This document shows positions 21,266 through 30,881 of a stretch of DNA of 64,000 bases, one piece after another (position 1 is the stretch's first letter; each line of letters opens with the position of its first letter). Under the pieces are notes generated by a model. The model did not search any database. It was not told where the DNA came from and saw only the letters and a program-made list of their open reading frames with translations. Source of the stretch: Candidatus Latescibacterota bacterium (lineage in GTDB: Bacteria; Latescibacterota; UBA2968; UBA8231); NCBI GenBank assembly GCA_965221775.1, contig CBDCSU010000006.1, forward strand, positions 576,001 to 640,000, written 5' to 3'. The position numbers and the translations under genes are program-made.

Positions 21266-22702
21266 CTACCCGCCGCGGACGCTGCGCCACATCTCCCGCA
21301 AGTCGTCCCAGGCGAAGAGACGCACCCCCGCCAGACCGCCGATAGCCGCCGCCAGTCCGCCCGCCGCGCACGCCGCCAGCGGCGCCGCCGGCCACCACGG
21401 CGAGGTCGCGCCCAGCGCCACGGCCACCGACGCGGCCACCAGCCCCGGCCGCCAGAGCACCGCCAGGTAGTCGGTGAATCCCATCTCCAAGAGGCGGTTG
21501 GCCAGGTGCTGGGAGAGGGCCAGGAACAGCAGGGAGGTCAGCAGGATCGCCGCGGCGACCCCGGCGACGCCGTGACCGACGGCCCAGTAGAGGGCGGGGA
21601 CCAGGACGGCGAGGGTGGCCAGGGCCCAGTAGAGGGCCCAGTTGGCGCGTCCGCACGCGAGGAAGACCGAGCCCACGCCGGTGCCCGCGGCCTTGACGAG
21701 GGTGGCCAGGGCCAGCAGCCGCAGGGGCCACACGGCCGGGGCCATGTCGGGGCGGGTCAGGGTGACCACCGGCTCGGCGAGCAGGGCGAGGCCGGCCAGG
21801 ACCGGCCAGCAGCCCAGGGCCATGGCGCCCACCGAACGCAGGTAGGCGCGGCGCAGCAGCTCCGTGTTCTCCTGGATCGCCGAGAAGGTGGGGAAGAACA
21901 CCCGGGTGATGACGGTGGAGAGGCGGACCAGCGGCAGCAGCGTGAGGCGGTAGGCGAAGCTGAAGTGGCCCATGGCGGCCTCGCCGAGGAGGGGGTAGAT
22001 GAACAGCCGCGGCAGGTTGCTGCCGAGATACTGGAGGCAGCGGGAGCCGGTGAGGTTGAGGCCGAAGGCGGCGATGCGCCGCAGGGCCGCGAGGCGCAGG
22101 GCCGGACGCGGTAGCCAGCGGCCGGCCACGGCCAGCCCGAAGAGCAGCACGACCTCGCGCGCCAGGGCGCCGTAGACGACGCTCAGGATCCCCAGGCCGG
22201 CGGCGAGGAGGGCGAAGGAGAGGGCGGCATGGACGCAGGAGGCGGCGATCTCGGCGGCGGCCATGGCACGCCAGCGCAGGTCCCGCTGCAGGCGGGCCCG
22301 GAAGACGCCGGAGACCGCGGCGAAGGGGACGAGCAGGACCAGGCGGGAGAGGATCGTCTCGAAGTCGCGCGTCTCCTCCCGCGACAGCCAGGCGGCCAGG
22401 GCCGGCGCCAGGACCAGGACCAGGGCGGTCACGGCCGAGCCGAAGGCCAGGCAGGTCCAGAAGGCGGCGTCGAAGTGCTCGTCGCCGGCCTCGCGGTCCT
22501 GCACCAGGGCGCTGCCGAGGCCGAGGTCGCAGAGCAGGGCGGCGAGCATCACCAGCAGCAGGGCCCACTCGAAGCCGCCCATGCGTTCGGCGCCGAGGAG
22601 GCGGTAGAAGACGAGGGTGGTGGCGATCTGGAGGGCGAAGGCGCTGCCGGTCCAGAACAGGCCGCGCACGGTGCGGGTGGCCAGCGACTGGATATCGCTC
22701 AC
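21266..22702 (-). CDS. Polysaccharide flippase (PST/WzxC-like)
   Basis: RTVRGLFW, DLGLGSALVQ, many TM helices; start uncertain (22702 or 22756). Confidence 0.85.
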   Translation of the reverse strand: MSDIQSLATRTVRGLFWTGSAFALQIATTLVFYRLLGAERMGGFEWALLLVMLAALLCDLGLGSALVQDREAGDEHFDAAFWTCLAFGSAVTALVLVLAPALAAWLSREETRDFETILSRLVLLVPFAAVSGVFRARLQRDLRWRAMAAAEIAASCVHAALSFALLAAGLGILSVVYGALAREVVLLFGLAVAGRWLPRPALRLAALRRIAAFGLNLTGSRCLQYLGSNLPRLFIYPLLGEAAMGHFSFAYRLTLLPLVRLSTVITRVFFPTFSAIQENTELLRRAYLRSVGAMALGCWPVLAGLALLAEPVVTLTRPDMAPAVWPLRLLALATLVKAAGTGVGSVFLACGRANWALYWALATLAVLVPALYWAVGHGVAGVAAAILLTSLLFLALSQHLANRLLEMGFTDYLAVLWRPGLVAASVAVALGATSPWWPAAPLAACAAGGLAAAIGGLAGVRLFAWDDLREMWRSVRGG

Positions 22703-22782
22703 GGCGCGATCGATCGATTGATTCGGGCGGCGGGGACGGCGAGCTTCACTGTCCAAAGATAGGCACGACCACCGGAGGGCCG

Positions 22783-24477
22783 ATGCACGACCGCAGCGAC
22801 GACGGCGATCTCGTACTCCACGGCGGCCGGGTGCGCACCCTGGAGGACGGCCGGGCGCCGGCCGAGGCCCTGTGGGTCCGCGGCGGGCGCGTCGCCGCCG
22901 CCGGCACCGACGACGAGATCCTGGCCGCGGCGCCCGCCTCTGCCCGCCGGGTCCCCCTGGAGGGCGCCTGCGTGCTGCCGGGCCTGGTGGACGCCCACCT
23001 CCACTTCGAGGGATTCGCCCTCGGCCTGAGCCGCATCGACGCCGACCTGCCGCGGCTGCAGGACGTGCTGGCGGCCGTGGGCGAGCGCGCCGCCTCGACC
23101 CCGCCCGGCGAGTGGATCCTCGGCCACGGCTGGAACCACAACCGCTGGGGCTCCGGCGAGCTGCCCACGCGCCGGCTGCTGGACGGCGCCGCGCCGGACC
23201 ACCCCGTCTTCCTCACCGCCAAGAGCGGCCACGCCTCCTGGGCGAACTCCGCCGCCCTCGCCGCCGCGGGCGTCACCCGCCGCGCCCAGGATCCCGCCGG
23301 CGGCACCGTGGTCCGCGACGGGACCGGCGAGCCCACGGGGGTCTTCCTCGAGGAGGCCTCCGGCCTGGTGGCGGACCACCTGCCCGAGGTGACGGCGGAG
23401 CAGGTGGCCGACGCCATGGCCGCGGCCCTGCCCGCCGCCTGGCGCTGCGGCCTCACCGGGGTCCACGACCTCGACGGCATCCGCGCCCTGCGGGCCTGGC
23501 AGATCCTGCGCGAGCGCGGCCACCGGGGACTCCGCGTCTGCAAGTCGATCCCCTCGAGCCGGCTCGACGAGGCGATCGCCGCCGGCCTGCGCTCCGGCTT
23601 CGGCGACGACATGCTGTGGATCGGCGGCGTCAAGCTCTTCGCCGACGGCGCCCTCGGTCCGCGCACGGCGTGGATGCTGGCCCCGTACGAGAACGAGCCC
23701 GGCAACCTCGGCATGCCCCTCATGGCGCCGGAGGAGCTGCGCGAGACCGTGACCCGCGCCAGCCGCCACGGCCTCGCCTGCTTCGTCCACGCCATCGGCG
23801 ACCGCGCCAACCGCGAGGCCCTGGACGCGCTGGCCCTGGCGCGCGCCGGGGAAGATGACAGCGGGCGGCGGCTGCGGCACCGCATCGAGCATGCGCAGGT
23901 CATCGACCCGGAGGACGCGCCGCGCTTCGCCAAGCTGCGGGTCATCGCCTCGGTGCAGCCCATCCACGCCACCAGCGACTACCCCATGGTGGACCGGTTC
24001 TGGGGCCGGGAGCGGGGCCGCTGGGCCTACGCCTTCGAGTCGCTGCGGCGGGCCGGGGCGGTGCTCGCCTTCGGATCCGACACGCCGGTGGAGCCGATCC
24101 CGCCGCTGGCCGGCCTCCACGCCGCCGTCACCCGCCGCCGGGCGGACGGCTCCCCCGGCGCCGAGGGCTGGCAGCCGCGGGAGAGGCTCACGGTGGCCGA
24201 GGCGGTGCGCGGTTTCACCCGGGGGGCCGCCTTCGCCGGCGGCGTGGAGGACCGCCTCGGGGCGCTGGCCCCGGGCCAGCTCGCCGACCTCGTGGTGCTC
24301 GCCGAAGACCCCTTCGCCGTCGATCCCATGGACCTGGCCGGCCTGCCGGTCCTGGCGACCCTGGTGGCAGGCCGCTTCGTCCACGCCGACCCCGGCCTCG
24401 GGCTGGACGATCCTGGCCGCACCCCCGCGCCCGGCCATCCCGCCGCCGCGGTTCGCCCTTCTGGAGGCTCTCCATGA
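22783..24477 (+). CDS. Amidohydrolase (Amidohydro_3/YtcJ-like)
   Basis: PGLVDAHLH, KLFADGALG, HAIGDRA, RHRIEHAQ, FGSD.PV. Confidence 0.92.
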   Translation: MHDRSDDGDLVLHGGRVRTLEDGRAPAEALWVRGGRVAAAGTDDEILAAAPASARRVPLEGACVLPGLVDAHLHFEGFALGLSRIDADLPRLQDVLAAVGERAASTPPGEWILGHGWNHNRWGSGELPTRRLLDGAAPDHPVFLTAKSGHASWANSAALAAAGVTRRAQDPAGGTVVRDGTGEPTGVFLEEASGLVADHLPEVTAEQVADAMAAALPAAWRCGLTGVHDLDGIRALRAWQILRERGHRGLRVCKSIPSSRLDEAIAAGLRSGFGDDMLWIGGVKLFADGALGPRTAWMLAPYENEPGNLGMPLMAPEELRETVTRASRHGLACFVHAIGDRANREALDALALARAGEDDSGRRLRHRIEHAQVIDPEDAPRFAKLRVIASVQPIHATSDYPMVDRFWGRERGRWAYAFESLRRAGAVLAFGSDTPVEPIPPLAGLHAAVTRRRADGSPGAEGWQPRERLTVAEAVRGFTRGAAFAGGVEDRLGALAPGQLADLVVLAEDPFAVDPMDLAGLPVLATLVAGRFVHADPGLGLDDPGRTPAPGHPAAAVRPSGGSP

Positions 24478-25508
24478 CGGAACTGGTTCTGGCCATCTCC
24501 CTGGCCATCGGTTTCTCGGCCATGTGCTCGCTCTTCGAAGCGGTCCTCTACGCCGTGCCCACCGGGCACGTGGAGGCCATGGCCGAGGCCGGCAAGAGGT
24601 CGGGGCGGATCCTGCGCGCACTGCGCGAGCGGGTGGACCGCCCCATCGCCGCCATCCTGTCGCTGAACACGATCGCCCACACGGTGGGCGCCGCCTGGGC
24701 GGGGGCGGTCTTCATGGTCCTCTACGGCGAGGAGCACCTGCTGCTGTTCTCGACCGTCTTCACCCTGGCGATCCTGCTGCTCTCCGAGGTGATCCCCAAG
24801 ACCGCGGGCGTCGTCTACTGCCGCGGCCTGGCGGGCCCCGTGGCCCGCCCCCTGCTGGCGATGGTATGGGTCTTCCGGCCCCTGATCTGGCTCACCGGGC
24901 AGGTGACGCGCCTCATCGCCCGGGATCAGGGCTTCCCCGGCGTCTCGGAGGAGGAGCTGCTGGTCATGGCCCGCCTCGGCCGCAAGGAGGGCGCCATCGA
25001 CGCCGACGAGGCCGCCGCCATCGAGAACATCCTCGGCCTCAAGGAGAAGACGGTGCGCGACATCATGACCCCGCGCACGGTGGTGTTCTCCCTGGCCGTC
25101 TCCACGACCCTGGGGCAGGTGCGCGACTCGGTCCAGTCCCTGGGCCACGCGCGCGTGCCCGTGTACGACGCCGACGCCGACGACGTGGTCGGCACCGTGC
25201 ACCGCCAGGACCTGCTCGCGGCCATGGCCGAGGGGCAGTGGGACCGCACCCTCGAGGAGATGATGCGTCCCGTGGACTTCGTCGCCGAGACCCTGACCTC
25301 CGACCGCCTGCTGCGCCGTCTTTTGGAGAGGCGCGAGCACCTGGTCATGGTGATCGACGAGTTCGGCGGTCTGGCGGGTCTTGTCACCCTCGAGGACGTC
25401 TTCGAGGAGATCCTGGGGACCGAGATCGTCGACGAGTTCGATCCCGCCGAGGACATGCGCGAGCTGGCTCGCCGGCGGCGGCAGTCCCTCGGGCCGGATC
25501 GATTGTGA
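24474..25508 (+). CDS. CNNM/CorB-type DUF21-CBS membrane protein, copy 1
   Basis: SLFEAVL, ILSLNTIAH, SEVIPKT, IMTPR, VIDEFGG..GLVTLED. Confidence 0.92.
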   Translation: MTELVLAISLAIGFSAMCSLFEAVLYAVPTGHVEAMAEAGKRSGRILRALRERVDRPIAAILSLNTIAHTVGAAWAGAVFMVLYGEEHLLLFSTVFTLAILLLSEVIPKTAGVVYCRGLAGPVARPLLAMVWVFRPLIWLTGQVTRLIARDQGFPGVSEEELLVMARLGRKEGAIDADEAAAIENILGLKEKTVRDIMTPRTVVFSLAVSTTLGQVRDSVQSLGHARVPVYDADADDVVGTVHRQDLLAAMAEGQWDRTLEEMMRPVDFVAETLTSDRLLRRLLERREHLVMVIDEFGGLAGLVTLEDVFEEILGTEIVDEFDPAEDMRELARRRRQSLGPDRL

Positions 25509-25589
25509 CCGCCCGCCTCTCTCGACTATCCTAGCCGCACCCCCGCGCCGCCATCCCGCCGCCGCGGGTCCCCCTTCCGGAGGCTCTCC

Positions 25590-26633
25590 ATGACGGAGCT
25601 GGTTCTGGCCGTGGCCCTGGCTGTCGGCTTCTCGGCCATGTGCTCGCTCTTCGAAGCGGTCCTCTACTCCGTGCCCGTCGGCCACGTGGAGGCGATGGCC
25701 GAGTCCGGCCAGAAGACGGGCCGCATCCTGCGCGCGCTGCGCGAGCGGGTGGACCGCCCCATCTCGGCGATCCTGTCACTGAACACGATCGCCAACACGG
25801 CGGGGGCGGCCTGGGCCGGAGCGGCCTTCGTGGGCGTCTACACCGAGGAGCGCCTGTGGCTGTTCTCGGCCGCCTTCACCCTGGCGATCCTGTTGTTCTC
25901 CGAGGTGATCCCCAAGACCGCGGGCGTCGTCTACTGCCGCGGCCTCGCCGGTCCGGTGGCGCGCCCCCTGCTGGCGATGGTGTGGGTCTTCCGGCCCCTG
26001 ATCTGGCTCACCGGGCAGGTGACGCGCCTCATCGCCCGGGATCAGGGTTCGCCCGGCGTCTCGGAGGAGGAGTTGCTGGTCATGGCCCGCCTCGGCCACA
26101 AGGAGGGCGCCATCGACGCCGACGAGGCCGCCGTCATCGAGAACATCCTCGGCCTCAAGGAGAAGACGGTGCGCGACATCATGACCCCGCGCACGGTGGT
26201 CTTCTCCCTGGCCGTCTCCACGACCCTGGGGCAGGTACGCGACTCGGCCCAGTCCCTGAACCACACGCGCGTGCCCGTGTACGACGCCGACGGCGACGAC
26301 GTGGTCGGCACCGTGCACCGCCAGGACCTGCTCGCGGCCATGGCCGAGGGGCAGTGGGACCGCACCCTCGAGGAGATGATGCGCCCCGTGGACTTCGTCG
26401 CCGACAACCTGACCGCCGGCCGTCTGCTGCGCCGCCTGCTGGAGTCGCGGCAGCACCTGGTCATGGTGATCGACGAGTTCGGCAGCCTGGGCGGCCTGGT
26501 CACCCTCGAGGACGTCCTCGAGGAGATCCTCGGCACCGAGATCGTCGACGAGTTCGACACCGCCGTGGACATGCGCGAGCTGGCCCACCAGCGGCGGAGG
26601 CAGTCCCTCGGGGATCCGGGACAGCCGGACTGA
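25590..26633 (+). CDS. CNNM/CorB-type DUF21-CBS membrane protein, copy 2 (tandem paralogue)
   Basis: Same motifs as copy 1; the ~60 bp upstream is duplicated too. Confidence 0.92.
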   Translation: MTELVLAVALAVGFSAMCSLFEAVLYSVPVGHVEAMAESGQKTGRILRALRERVDRPISAILSLNTIANTAGAAWAGAAFVGVYTEERLWLFSAAFTLAILLFSEVIPKTAGVVYCRGLAGPVARPLLAMVWVFRPLIWLTGQVTRLIARDQGSPGVSEEELLVMARLGHKEGAIDADEAAVIENILGLKEKTVRDIMTPRTVVFSLAVSTTLGQVRDSAQSLNHTRVPVYDADGDDVVGTVHRQDLLAAMAEGQWDRTLEEMMRPVDFVADNLTAGRLLRRLLESRQHLVMVIDEFGSLGGLVTLEDVLEEILGTEIVDEFDTAVDMRELAHQRRRQSLGDPGQPD

Positions 26634-26757
26634 CCTCGCCGCGAATTCTGTCTTATCGGCAGTCAGGGCCTGCCCATGCGCCGTCTTCCGCCCTCCTGTC
26701 TGCCATTCCGGCGCGATTCCCCTCCTGGTGCGCGAGACTTCCCAGGGAAAACGGCGG

Positions 26758-26772
26758 TGGCACGGCCTTTGC
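26758..26772 (+). promoter_or_regulatory. Sigma-54 (-24/-12) promoter upstream of Hsp20
   Basis: TGGCACG-GCCT-TTGC, exact GG-N10-GC spacing, about 70 nt before the ATG. Confidence 0.7.
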
Positions 26773-26844
26773 GCTCCTCTTCGCGCCAACCAAACCCAAC
26801 CGCGATCGGGGCCGACGCCCCGGTCCAAGACAGGAGGAGATGAA

Positions 26845-27288
26845 ATGGCACTCGTTCGCTGGCAGCCCCGCGAGCTCTTCGGAATCGGCAGGGACATGGA
26901 CCGGCTCTTCGACGGTCTGTGGGGCCATGGTGACGGCGCGGCCCCCCGGGAGGCCGTCTGGCGTCCCTCGGTGGACATCGCCGAGACCGACCACGACTTC
27001 GTCCTCACCGCCGACCTGCCCGGCATCGCCCGGGAGGACCTCGACCTCACCGTGGTCGACGGCCGTCTGACCATCAAGGGTCAGCGCCGCAGGGAGAGCG
27101 ACTCGAAGGAGGGCAACGTGCACCGCGTGGAGCGCGCCCACGGCACCTTCACCCGCGCCTTCGACCTGCCCGCCGCGATCGACCCCGAGACGGTGGCGGC
27201 CACCTACAAGGACGGCGTCCTCACGGTGACCGTGCCCAAGGCCGAGGAGGCCAGACCGAAGCAGATCGAGGTCAAGGTCAGCGCCTGA
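26845..27288 (+). CDS. Hsp20/alpha-crystallin small heat-shock protein
   Basis: aggagg RBS; W.PSVDIAET, ADLPGI, ER..G.F.R.F.LP, ATYKDGVL.V.VPK. Confidence 0.95.
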   Translation: MALVRWQPRELFGIGRDMDRLFDGLWGHGDGAAPREAVWRPSVDIAETDHDFVLTADLPGIAREDLDLTVVDGRLTIKGQRRRESDSKEGNVHRVERAHGTFTRAFDLPAAIDPETVAATYKDGVLTVTVPKAEEARPKQIEVKVSA

Positions 27289-27332
27289 CGGCCGAAGGCT
27301 GAACGGCCGCCGAAGGCAGGGCGGCAAGAGGA

Positions 27333-27368
27333 GGGCCGGTACCCCGCGAGGGGTGCCGGCCCTTTTTT
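27333..27368 (+). terminator. Rho-independent terminator after Hsp20
   Basis: gggccggtacccc-gcga-ggggtgccggccc followed by tttttt. Confidence 0.88.
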
Positions 27369-27451
27369 GTGTGGGGCGCGCCGCCAGGTGTCAGGCAGGG
27401 TCCCTGGGAACTGCCGGCCGCGATCAAGCAGGCAGCATCCCAGGCGCGGTC

Positions 27452-27700
27452 TCATCCTTCGTCCGCCACCATGGCCTCGATCCGGCGCGCCAGCCACTTC
27501 CAGTCGCCGCTGTCGTCACCGTCGAGTGTCCGTTCCTCCACCTCCCCGGCCTCCGTGTCGAGCGCGTGCCACTCACCCGAACGGGTATCGAGGTTCAGGT
27601 CGAGGCTGATCTCTATCGAGCCGATGGACGACTCGGCCTGGACGCCTCCCGTTTCCGTCGGGTAGAGGTGCGGCAACGGCGCATCGTCGGGGCCGGCTCC
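27452..27700 (-). pseudogene. Probable C-terminal remnant of a hypothetical protein
   Basis: Protein-like PDDAPLPHLYPTETGGVQAE...GEWHALD...WLARRI but no convincing start or RBS. Confidence 0.45.
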
Positions 27701-27772
27701 CCCGTGAGCCTCCTGCGCTGCGCCTCAGCTCCCGGTACTCGCAGGCCATGTCGCCGATCGAGTTCTGTTCCC

Positions 27773-30700
27773 CTACTCCAGCAGCCCCCCAAGGGCCGAC
27801 GCCGCTTCCCAGCCCGTCTCCGATTCCACGAGTTGCTGGCGTTCGGCGCCCGTGAGCCACCGGGCCCGGCTTCCCTTGGCGTCGCGGGTCACGGCGAGGA
27901 CGTGGTCGATCTGCTCGGCCACGGCGCGGACGTGGGAGATCACCCCCACCATGCGGCCGCTGGCGGCGACCGTTGCCAAAGCCTGCACCGCCGAGTCGAG
28001 GTTGTTGCGGTCGAGGGAGCCGAAGCCCTCGTCGAGGAAGAGGGACTCCAGGCGGCCGCCGCTGCGCGCCATCATCTCCACCATGCCCAGGGCGAGGGAG
28101 AGGGAGGCGATGAACTGCTCGCCGCCAGAGAGGCTGGCGGGCGAGCGCGCCTGGCCGGAGTCCTGGTCGAGGACGAGCCACTGCTCCTCGCTGTCCCCGG
28201 GATCGACGAAGGCGTAGCGGCCGCCGCTCATCTCGCCGAGCATGCGGGAGGCGTGGACCAGCAGACGGCGGGATCGCCGGAGGGTGAGCCACTTCAGGAA
28301 GGCGCCCGGCTTCAGGGCGTCCTCCAGGTCGCCGAGGGCCCGTTCCCTGGCCTCGACTTCCTCCAGCAGCGCCCGCAGGCGGCGGACGTCTCCGGCGATG
28401 GCTTCGAAGTGCTCCGCCGCTTCCCGGGCGCGGCGCTCCTCGAAGCGGGCGTCGTTGGCGATGTCGCGGGCTCGATCCACGACCCCGTCCTGGTCTCCCT
28501 CGGCGACCTCCTCGCCCAATCGCCTGCCGATGGCCGCCAGATCCGCACGGGCCTCATCCGCCCGGGCCGCAGCGGCCCTCGCCTGGTCTGCCGCCGCTTG
28601 TGAGACGTCAGCAGTCACCGTCCGCAACTCATCGATCCGCGACATCAGGGCTCCCGTCTCGCCCGTCGAGACAGCCCCGGGGACGATCACCTCGACCCCC
28701 AGCCGGCTGACCGAATCCACGAGCACGTCGCGGTGCCCGTTGAGGCCCTCGACGATCTCGCCGATCGCCGCCGCCACCCCATCGGCCCGCCGCCGCTCCA
28801 GGTCCGACCGGGCGGCCTTGACTTCCTCCAGCTCCCGCCCCAGGCGCCGTCGTTGGTCCCCCCTCTCGGCCAGGACCTGCTCCCGGGCCTCCGCCGACCG
28901 GGTCCGCTCGCTGACCGGGGTCGCATCCACCTCGTGCAGGTCCGAAGGGTCGTCGAACAGATCCAGCTGCGGCCGGTATGGCGGCGGCACCGACCGCACC
29001 GCCGCTCCCAGCCGCTGCAGGGCCCGGTCCGCCGCCGTCCGGGCATGGTCTGCGAGGGTGTCGGCGCCGTCCGCCTCGGCGCGGGCGGCGCTCGCCTCCT
29101 GGTCCCGCCCCGACGATGCCTCGCGCAGTTCTTCGTGGATGCGATCGTGCTCGGTCAGCAGATCCGCCGCCTTCGTGCGGGCGTCCTCCAGGGGGGCGAG
29201 GAGGATCTCTCTCGGGGGAAGGGGCGCCTCCGCAGAGAGATCGACATGGCCAGCCAACTCCTGGCGCGCCTCACCGAGCTTCTCCTCCACCGCGGCGAGC
29301 CGGTCCCCGGCGTCGGCGGTCTGGCGCTCGAGGGCCCGGGCTTCCGCGGCGAGCCCCGCCACCTCTCTCTCCGCCTCTCCGGCGGCCCGGCGGGCCTCCT
29401 CGGCCGCCGCCTGGGCCTCGCCCATCCCGGCGCCGGCCGGGGCTTCCCAGTTGACGGGAAGACCGCGGCGGCAGATGGGGCACTCGTCACCCGGGTGCAG
29501 GGCGTGAGCCGCCGCCGCCGCCGACTCCGACCGCCGCGCCGCGGTCAGATGCTCATCGGCCTGCGCGGCGGCCCTGGACGCGCACCGCTCCCTCTCTCGC
29601 GCCGCTTCCAGGCGACCGCCAAGCTCGGCCGACTCCCGCCGCAGCTCGTCGAGGCGGGTCCTCGTGCGATCGAGTTCGCCGGCGAGTTCCTCGCACCTCG
29701 AGTACCCCTGGTCGACCGCCGTCCTGCGGGCCCGGGCGGACTCGACGGCCTCGGCGAGGGGGGCCCGTCCGGCGGCGTGCTCCGCCGCTGCTTCACGCGC
29801 GCTGGCCGCCTTCTTCGCCAGGCGCCCGGCCTCGACCCGCTTGCCGGAAGCGTCCTCGACCCGGGCACGCAGCTCCCGGGCGGTCCTTTCGCCGTCCGCG
29901 ATCAGGCCGCCGATGCTCCTCAACGTGGTCAGGGCCCCCGCGACCACCTCGCTCGTGGGGCCGTCGTCCGACGGGATGCGGGCCAGCTCCTCCTCGGCCT
30001 GGGCCTGGCGCTGCTCCAGGGCCTTCTCCTCCTCCCGGAGCCGGCGGTCGAGGGCGGCGATCGGGTCGAGCCGGTCCGCCAGCGCGCCCGTGTCCAGCGA
30101 TCGCAGCCGCCTGGCGACCCGGGAGGCCGCCTCCCCTTCCCCCTCGGCGGCGAGGATCGCCTCGCGGGCCTTCGTCGCCGCACCCTCGTCCTCGGAAGCT
30201 GCTTTGGCTCGCTGGGCCGCCGCCGCCAGCGCGGCCTTCAGCCGGGCCAGGTGCGCCGACGGATCTTCCGGATAGGCAGAGGCCGCCTGCTCCAGTCGGG
30301 CCCGCAGAGTCGCGGCCACCTGGCGGGACTCTCCGGCCAGCGCTCCCGCCGCCTCCAGCTCGTCGGTGCGCCAGACCTGCCTCAGGATCCGGCCGCGGTC
30401 GCGCGGCTCGTCCTCCACCAGCAGGCGGGCGAAGCGGCCCTGGGGCAGGATGACGGTGCGCAGGAAGGCATCGCTGTCGAGCCCGATCAGTGCCTTGACG
30501 CGGTCGTTGACGCGGCGGACCTGCTCGACCTGCTCCACCGTCTCGCCGGCGGAGTCGAGCCGGCGGAGCCGGGCGGTAGGCTGGCCCACCGTGCCTTCCC
30601 CGGCGCGGCGCAAGGTGCGCGTCACCTCGCAGGTCTCGCCGGAGACCTCGAATCGGAGCACGACCCGCAGGTGGGTCGAGGTGTCGTTCATCAGCTCCTG

Positions 30701-30880
30701 GTTGGCGTGGGCGGTGAACGTCGTCTGGCCGTACAGAGCGTAGGTCATCGCCTCCAGGATGGAGGACTTGCCCGCCCCCGTGTCTCCCACGATGGCGAGG
30801 TGGTCGCGGCCGGCGAAGTCGATGGCAACGGCCGAGCGGAACGAGCGCAGGCCTTCGATCTTGATGCTCAGGGGCCGCAT
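27773..30880 (-). CDS. sbcC: SbcC/Rad50-like SMC ATPase
   Basis: Walker A GDTGAGKSS, Q-loop LPQG.F, coiled coil with CPIC zinc hook, LSGGE, LFLDEGFG. Confidence 0.93.
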   Translation of the reverse strand: MRPLSIKIEGLRSFRSAVAIDFAGRDHLAIVGDTGAGKSSILEAMTYALYGQTTFTAHANQELMNDTSTHLRVVLRFEVSGETCEVTRTLRRAGEGTVGQPTARLRRLDSAGETVEQVEQVRRVNDRVKALIGLDSDAFLRTVILPQGRFARLLVEDEPRDRGRILRQVWRTDELEAAGALAGESRQVAATLRARLEQAASAYPEDPSAHLARLKAALAAAAQRAKAASEDEGAATKAREAILAAEGEGEAASRVARRLRSLDTGALADRLDPIAALDRRLREEEKALEQRQAQAEEELARIPSDDGPTSEVVAGALTTLRSIGGLIADGERTARELRARVEDASGKRVEAGRLAKKAASAREAAAEHAAGRAPLAEAVESARARRTAVDQGYSRCEELAGELDRTRTRLDELRRESAELGGRLEAARERERCASRAAAQADEHLTAARRSESAAAAAHALHPGDECPICRRGLPVNWEAPAGAGMGEAQAAAEEARRAAGEAEREVAGLAAEARALERQTADAGDRLAAVEEKLGEARQELAGHVDLSAEAPLPPREILLAPLEDARTKAADLLTEHDRIHEELREASSGRDQEASAARAEADGADTLADHARTAADRALQRLGAAVRSVPPPYRPQLDLFDDPSDLHEVDATPVSERTRSAEAREQVLAERGDQRRRLGRELEEVKAARSDLERRRADGVAAAIGEIVEGLNGHRDVLVDSVSRLGVEVIVPGAVSTGETGALMSRIDELRTVTADVSQAAADQARAAAARADEARADLAAIGRRLGEEVAEGDQDGVVDRARDIANDARFEERRAREAAEHFEAIAGDVRRLRALLEEVEARERALGDLEDALKPGAFLKWLTLRRSRRLLVHASRMLGEMSGGRYAFVDPGDSEEQWLVLDQDSGQARSPASLSGGEQFIASLSLALGMVEMMARSGGRLESLFLDEGFGSLDRNNLDSAVQALATVAASGRMVGVISHVRAVAEQIDHVLAVTRDAKGSRARWLTGAERQQLVESETGWEAASALGGLLE

Positions 30881-30881
30881 G

